Notes under the pieces: model-generated
Seen by the model: the letters and a program-made list of their open reading frames with translations, nothing else
What the model was told of the DNA's origin: nothing
Database searches by the model: none
Made by a program: the position numbers and the translations under genes
In this document: positions 59,995 through 64,000 of the stretch, one piece after another
Layout: each line of letters opens with the position of its first letter
How positions within the stretch are numbered: the stretch's first letter is position 1
Origin: Longimicrobiales bacterium
Lineage (GTDB): Bacteria > Gemmatimonadota > Gemmatimonadetes > Longimicrobiales > Gaopeijiaceae
Assembly (NCBI GenBank): GCA_965226375.1
Contig: CBDDCX010000008.1
Location: 1,664,001 to 1,728,000, forward strand
Reading direction: 5' to 3'
DNA length: 64,000 nt

Positions 59995-60998
59995 AGGCGG
60001 CCGATGAGCTGGCTAAGCACGTCGGTGTAAAACCGGCGTGCGCGGCCCTCGAGGTCTCCCGATCGACGTTGTACCGTCGTCGAGGCCCATCAACCGGGCA
60101 ACAGCAGCCCCGCCCGACGCCCGCCCGGGCATTGAGCGAGACGGAACGAGGCGAGGTCTTCGACACGCTGTGTTCGGAGCGGTTCGTGGACCGCTCACCC
60201 GCCGAGGTGGTGGCCACGCTGCTCGACGAAGAGGTCTACCTGTGCAGCGAACGCACGATGTATCGTGTTCTGGCCTCCGAGGTGCCGGTTCAGGAACGCC
60301 GGGCGCAGCGCACCCATCCCGAGTACAAGAAGCCCGAGTTGATGGCCACGGCGCCGAACCAGGTGTGGTCCTGGGATATCACGCGGCTGCTCGGGCCGAA
60401 GAAGTGGAGCTATTACTACCTCTACGTCATCATGGACATCTACAGCCGCTACGTCGTGGGCTGGATGGTGGCGGACCGGGAGAACTCGGCCCTGGCCGGC
60501 CGGTTGATCCAGCAGAGCTGCCTGAAGCATGGCGTCCAGCCCCGGGTCCTGACCCTGCACTCGGATCGGGGAGCTCCAATGACGAGCCAATGCACCGCTC
60601 AACTTCTCGCTGACCTCGGCGTGACCCGCTCGTTGAGCCGGCCTCAGGTGTCGGATGACAACCCGTTTTCCGAGGCTCAGTTCAAAACCTTGAAGTACCA
60701 TCCCTCGTTTCCCGGACGGTTCGGGGATCAGGGCCAAGCCAAGACGTTCTGTCGATCGTTCTTCCGCTGGTACAATGCCGAGCACCGCCATGGCGGCATC
60801 TCGATGCTAACCCCCGAGCAGGTCCACTTCGGGAACGCCGATCAGGTCATTGCCGGCAGGAAATCCGTGCTCCGCGAAGCATGGGCCGCTCATCCCGAAC
60901 GCTTCGTCAGAGGTGTGCCGAAGCCCAAACCGCTCCCGGAGGCCGTCTTCATCAATCCTCCCATCCCTTCCCTCACCACACAGGACATTGCTCTCTAA
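59991..60998 (+). CDS. IS3-like transposase OrfB (DDE)
   Basis: Same translation as 46872..47879. Confidence 0.95.
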   Translation: MKAADELAKHVGVKPACAALEVSRSTLYRRRGPSTGQQQPRPTPARALSETERGEVFDTLCSERFVDRSPAEVVATLLDEEVYLCSERTMYRVLASEVPVQERRAQRTHPEYKKPELMATAPNQVWSWDITRLLGPKKWSYYYLYVIMDIYSRYVVGWMVADRENSALAGRLIQQSCLKHGVQPRVLTLHSDRGAPMTSQCTAQLLADLGVTRSLSRPQVSDDNPFSEAQFKTLKYHPSFPGRFGDQGQAKTFCRSFFRWYNAEHRHGGISMLTPEQVHFGNADQVIAGRKSVLREAWAAHPERFVRGVPKPKPLPEAVFINPPIPSLTTQDIAL

Positions 60999-62286
60999 TT
61001 AATCCCGTAGAGTGTCCCATTGTCGTTGACAGGTTCCGATCCGTTCGAGAACCTCCAGTACACCAAGGAACTCCTCATCCGTGCAGCGGGCCTCCCGGGC
61101 CGCACGACCGACACTCAGCGGTCCTCGCATGCCTGTGCCCACGATGGTACGAAGCGTCCGGTGAGCCTTCTTGAGCGTCCGCACCGAAGGCCTCGCGCGG
61201 TCGATGAACGTTTCGTGTAACCGATGGTCGTGACGGCCATGAAGAGCAACGCAGCGCGCCGCCGCGCCGTCTCGCCCGGCCCGTCCAGCCTCTTGATAGT
61301 AGGACTCCAGCGTACCCGGCAATTGGTAGTGGAGGACGAGGCGCACGTCACTCTTGTCCACGCCCATGCCGAACGCGTTGGTCGCGACGACCACACGTGT
61401 CTTCCCAGCCAGGAAGTCGTGCTGTGCAGAGCTCCTTGGCCCGGCGTCGAGCCCCGCATGATACGCCGTCGCCGGCACGCCGAGTCGGGACAAGTCGACA
61501 CGGATGGCCTCTACCACACGGCGAGTGCCCGCATACACGACGACGGCGCCTTTCTCTTGCCGCACCATCCGCCGGAGGGCACACAGCTTGGACCGGTATC
61601 GTCCGCTCGTTGGACATGCCAGGACAGATTGGGGCGATCGAAAGAACCGACCATACGAACCGGGTTCACCAGGCCGAGCACCGCGACAATGTCCTCTCGC
61701 ACCTTGGGTGTGGCCGTGGCCGTCAGCGCCATGAAAGGCGCCTGCACGCTCCGGCGCAGAAAGCCGATCCGGCGATACGACGGCCGAAAGTCGTGTCCCC
61801 ACTCGGAAATACAGTGCGCTTCGTCGACGGCCACCAGCGACACCAGCATCTTGTCGAGCGCGTCGACGAAGCTGGCGGTTTCCAGGCGTTCCGGCGCTAC
61901 GAAGAGGAGCTTCAACTGCCCCTCTACCGCCCTTCGCAGAACGTCCTGTCGCTCGTGATTCGAGAGCCCGCTCGTGAGAAGAGCGGCGGGAATCCCGGCT
62001 GCGAGCGCCCTGGTCGTCTGATCCTCCATGAGGGAGATCAGGGGACTCAGCACCAGCGTGAGGCCCGGAAGAGCGAGCGCGGGTACCTGGTAGCACAGGC
62101 TCTTGCCCCCTCCCGTCGGAAGAACCCCCAGTGCGTCCCGGCCCGACATCCCGGCTACGACCAGGCGCTCTTGGCCAGGGCGGAAGGTTGGAAAGCCGAA
62201 GTGCTTCTTCAGAAGACGATGGGCCAGGGCCAGATCGGTGGGCATCCGGGACCTTGGCGAGATCCGGTGGGCATCTCAATGGCCGA

Positions 62287-62508
62287 TCAGGCCTCGGGAT
62301 CCACTACCCCCTCCTCCTCGTCCACGGCGCCCGGATTGGCGGTGTATCGCATGGCCACCCCGCCGATAAGCACCACGAGAGCCGCGGTCACCAACCAAGA
62401 TATGTCCAGGAAGATGCCCGCCAGACCGAGCACCGCTCCGGCTCCGAAGATCCGCAGCCTCCACTCGAGGAAGCGGACCGCTCGTGGTCCCGACGGCCAG
62501 AGAGCCAA
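62287..62508 (-). CDS. Small two-TM membrane protein
   Basis: Two hydrophobic segments and an acidic tail, in operon position. Start uncertain. Confidence 0.55.
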   Translation of the reverse strand: MALWPSGPRAVRFLEWRLRIFGAGAVLGLAGIFLDISWLVTAALVVLIGGVAMRYTANPGAVDEEEGVVDPEA

Positions 62509-62516
62509 ACCCGACC

Positions 62517-63287
62517 TCAGCCCTGAGACCGATCCAGGAAGCGCCTCACACCCTCACGACACGCATCGGTCCGTCGAGCGATGGCGTTCACCTCCGCACC
62601 CCTTCTGATGCCTTCTTCGAAGCCCGTCTCATCGAGCTCATAGAGCAGTCCCTTTGAGAACTCCAACGCCGACGCCGGCTTTCTCGCGAGGGTCTCGAGG
62701 AAGCCAGATGTGCCGCTTTCGAACTCGTCGGCGCCGAAGAGCCGGTTCACCAGTCCGATCCGTTCGGCCCTCTGAGCCGAGATCGCCTCGCCCGTGGTCA
62801 CGAGTTCGAAAGCCACGGACTCCGTGACCTTACGTCGCAGGATCGCCATGACCATGGCCGGAACAAAGCCGATATCCACCTCCGGATACCCGAATTCGGC
62901 GCTCGCGTCGGCCAGCACGAGATCGCACGCCGTAGCCAACCCACAACCGCCCGCCAGCGCCCTTCCATGTACCACCGCGACGATGGGCTTTGGATGACTC
63001 CGCATCTGGATGAACAGGTTTCCAAGAGTCATGGCATCGGCCACGTTCGCCTCGTGGTCCTGCTCCGCGATCCGTGCGAGCTCAGCCAGGTCTCCTCCTG
63101 CGCAGAAGTCCTTGCCTGCACCCATGATCGCGATGACTCGGACCGCATCGTCACCCGACGTACGATCGAGGGCGTCCGCCAGGGCAGACACCAGATCGCC
63201 GTTCAAGGCATTCCGCTTCTCGGGACGATTGAGCGTAAGGCGGCAAACCCCGGCGGAAACCGTCTCCTCCAATACCGGGGGCGTCAT
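62517..63287 (-). CDS. Enoyl-CoA hydratase (methylglutaconyl-CoA hydratase-like)
   Basis: LNRPEKRNAL, FCAGGDL, AGGCGLATACD, YPEVDIGFVPA. Confidence 0.88.
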   Translation of the reverse strand: MTPPVLEETVSAGVCRLTLNRPEKRNALNGDLVSALADALDRTSGDDAVRVIAIMGAGKDFCAGGDLAELARIAEQDHEANVADAMTLGNLFIQMRSHPKPIVAVVHGRALAGGCGLATACDLVLADASAEFGYPEVDIGFVPAMVMAILRRKVTESVAFELVTTGEAISAQRAERIGLVNRLFGADEFESGTSGFLETLARKPASALEFSKGLLYELDETGFEEGIRRGAEVNAIARRTDACREGVRRFLDRSQG

Positions 63288-63667
63288 GGCTGTCTCTCCT
63301 CCTGGTCGGTGGGCACTCGGCCGCGACCTCGAACGGCGTCCGCCACCTCGGTGGGCACGTCCACTTCGAGGCGGAGGAGCGCCGTACTGAAGACTTTGCC
63401 CTGGGCGTCGTTCATGAGGGACTTGGTGCCTCCCCCGTCGAGAGCGTTGTGTAGCAGGAAGTTGAGGGCGCCGAGGTTGGGGAGCTCGAAGCGCTCCACC
63501 GGCCCGCGCACCATGTCACCGAAGTGCTCCTTCACGCGCTCCACCGTCAGAATCTCTTCGAGGAGCTCGTAGTGACTCGGGTCGTACGCGATCACGCCCA
63601 CGTTGGCAGTATCACCCTTGTCTCCGGAGCGGGCATGCGCCAGGTCGACCAGTTGGATCTTGGCCAT
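63284..63667 (-). CDS. AtuA-related ferredoxin-fold protein
   Basis: AHARSGDKG, VERFELPN, ALDGGG, DAQGK. Confidence 0.85.
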   Translation of the reverse strand: MAKIQLVDLAHARSGDKGDTANVGVIAYDPSHYELLEEILTVERVKEHFGDMVRGPVERFELPNLGALNFLLHNALDGGGTKSLMNDAQGKVFSTALLRLEVDVPTEVADAVRGRGRVPTDQEERQP

Positions 63668-63729
63668 GTTATCTCCCACCCTTTCCGCTTCGGTCCTCTC
63701 GGCGAGCACCGCACGCGCGTCCGGACGCT

Positions 63730-64000
63730 CTACACATCGAAGACCTCCACCGTCAGATGAGGCTCCACCGCCTCCTTGGCGATCAGGGCGGGCCAATAGG
63801 CCATGATCTCCTGAACACGCGGTCTTCCCCCGGCGAACCCCGTGACCGAGGGAGGCCCGGTCAGGACCAGAGGTGCGATCTCGCGCGTGAAGCGCTCAAC
63901 CGCAGCACGGTCCTTGCTCCTCACCCCAAGCCGCAATTGGACCTCGGGGAGATCCGCGGGCGGCGGCCCCGGCAAGGAGCCGTGCGTAGAATCCCACCCC
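63730..64000 (-). CDS. Acyclic terpene utilization AtuA family protein, C-terminal fragment
   Basis: [23 protein letters not shown]...GRP, YWPALI. Runs off the window end. Confidence 0.8.
   Translation of the reverse strand, partial: GWDSTHGSLPGPPPADLPEVQLRLGVRSKDRAAVERFTREIAPLVLTGPPSVTGFAGGRPRVQEIMAYWPALIAKEAVEPHLTVEVFDV

Larger units (their letters stand above)
59472..61038 (+). mobile_element. IS3-like insertion sequence, copy 2 (1567 bp, 3-bp TSD ATC)
   Basis: ATC at 59469-59471 and 61039-61041. Imperfect IRs TGCCAACGTACGTGAGACAC / TGTCAACGACAATGGGACAC lie 7 nt inside each end. Confidence 0.95.
59108..62245 (-). pseudogene. recQ: RecQ-family DNA helicase interrupted by IS3-like copy 2, with an additional 1-nt frameshift near 61595
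   Basis: LPTGGGKSLCYQ, DEAHC, TATA, ATNAFGMG, QEAGRAGRDG. The Zn module CRR..LLDYFG...CGGCDLC lies beyond the IS and is in frame after excision. Confidence 0.9.

Noticed and set aside
46832..61038. Composite transposon
   Set aside because: No shared outer TSD. Copy 2 has its own TSD inside recQ, and the enclosed genes are chromosomal housekeeping genes

Overview
GC-rich bacterial chromosomal window. Gene content (PadR plus ADOP-type permease, BTAD-Ser/Thr kinase, DUF5916, YtcJ-like amidohydrolases) suggests Gemmatimonadota, but this is inference only. Core genes: tyrS, a menF-menD-menB-menA-menE cluster without menC/menH, lutABC, chorismate mutase-pheA, two cold-shock genes, mmuM, a type IV pilin, an acyl-CoA beta-oxidation-type operon (two hydratases, aldehyde dehydrogenase, thiolase, 3-hydroxyacyl-CoA dehydrogenase, second chorismate mutase), a lytic transglycosylase, rpmA, rplU, an Rne/Rng ribonuclease, an acyl-CoA dehydrogenase, recQ and AtuA-type genes. 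Mobile DNA: an IS1595 inside a GNAT gene, a truncated IS481-like element, a 166-bp MITE, and two apparently identical 1567-bp IS3-like elements in inverted orientation, one of which splits recQ. Both IS3-like copies extend 7 nt outside their TG...CA inverted repeats. Non-coding signals: a structured leader shared by both csp paralogues, a terminator/antiterminator leader with a uORF before chorismate mutase-pheA, a Cys/His-rich uORF ending PFPQPPP before a His-rich outer-membrane barrel, a perfect CRP box on the start codon of a Crp gene, a 14-bp-period operator array before padR, a rod-like rne leader, and a 23-bp tandem repeat copied from a gene end. Several single-base frameshifts may be assembly errors. 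No rRNA, tRNA or CRISPR array could be supported.
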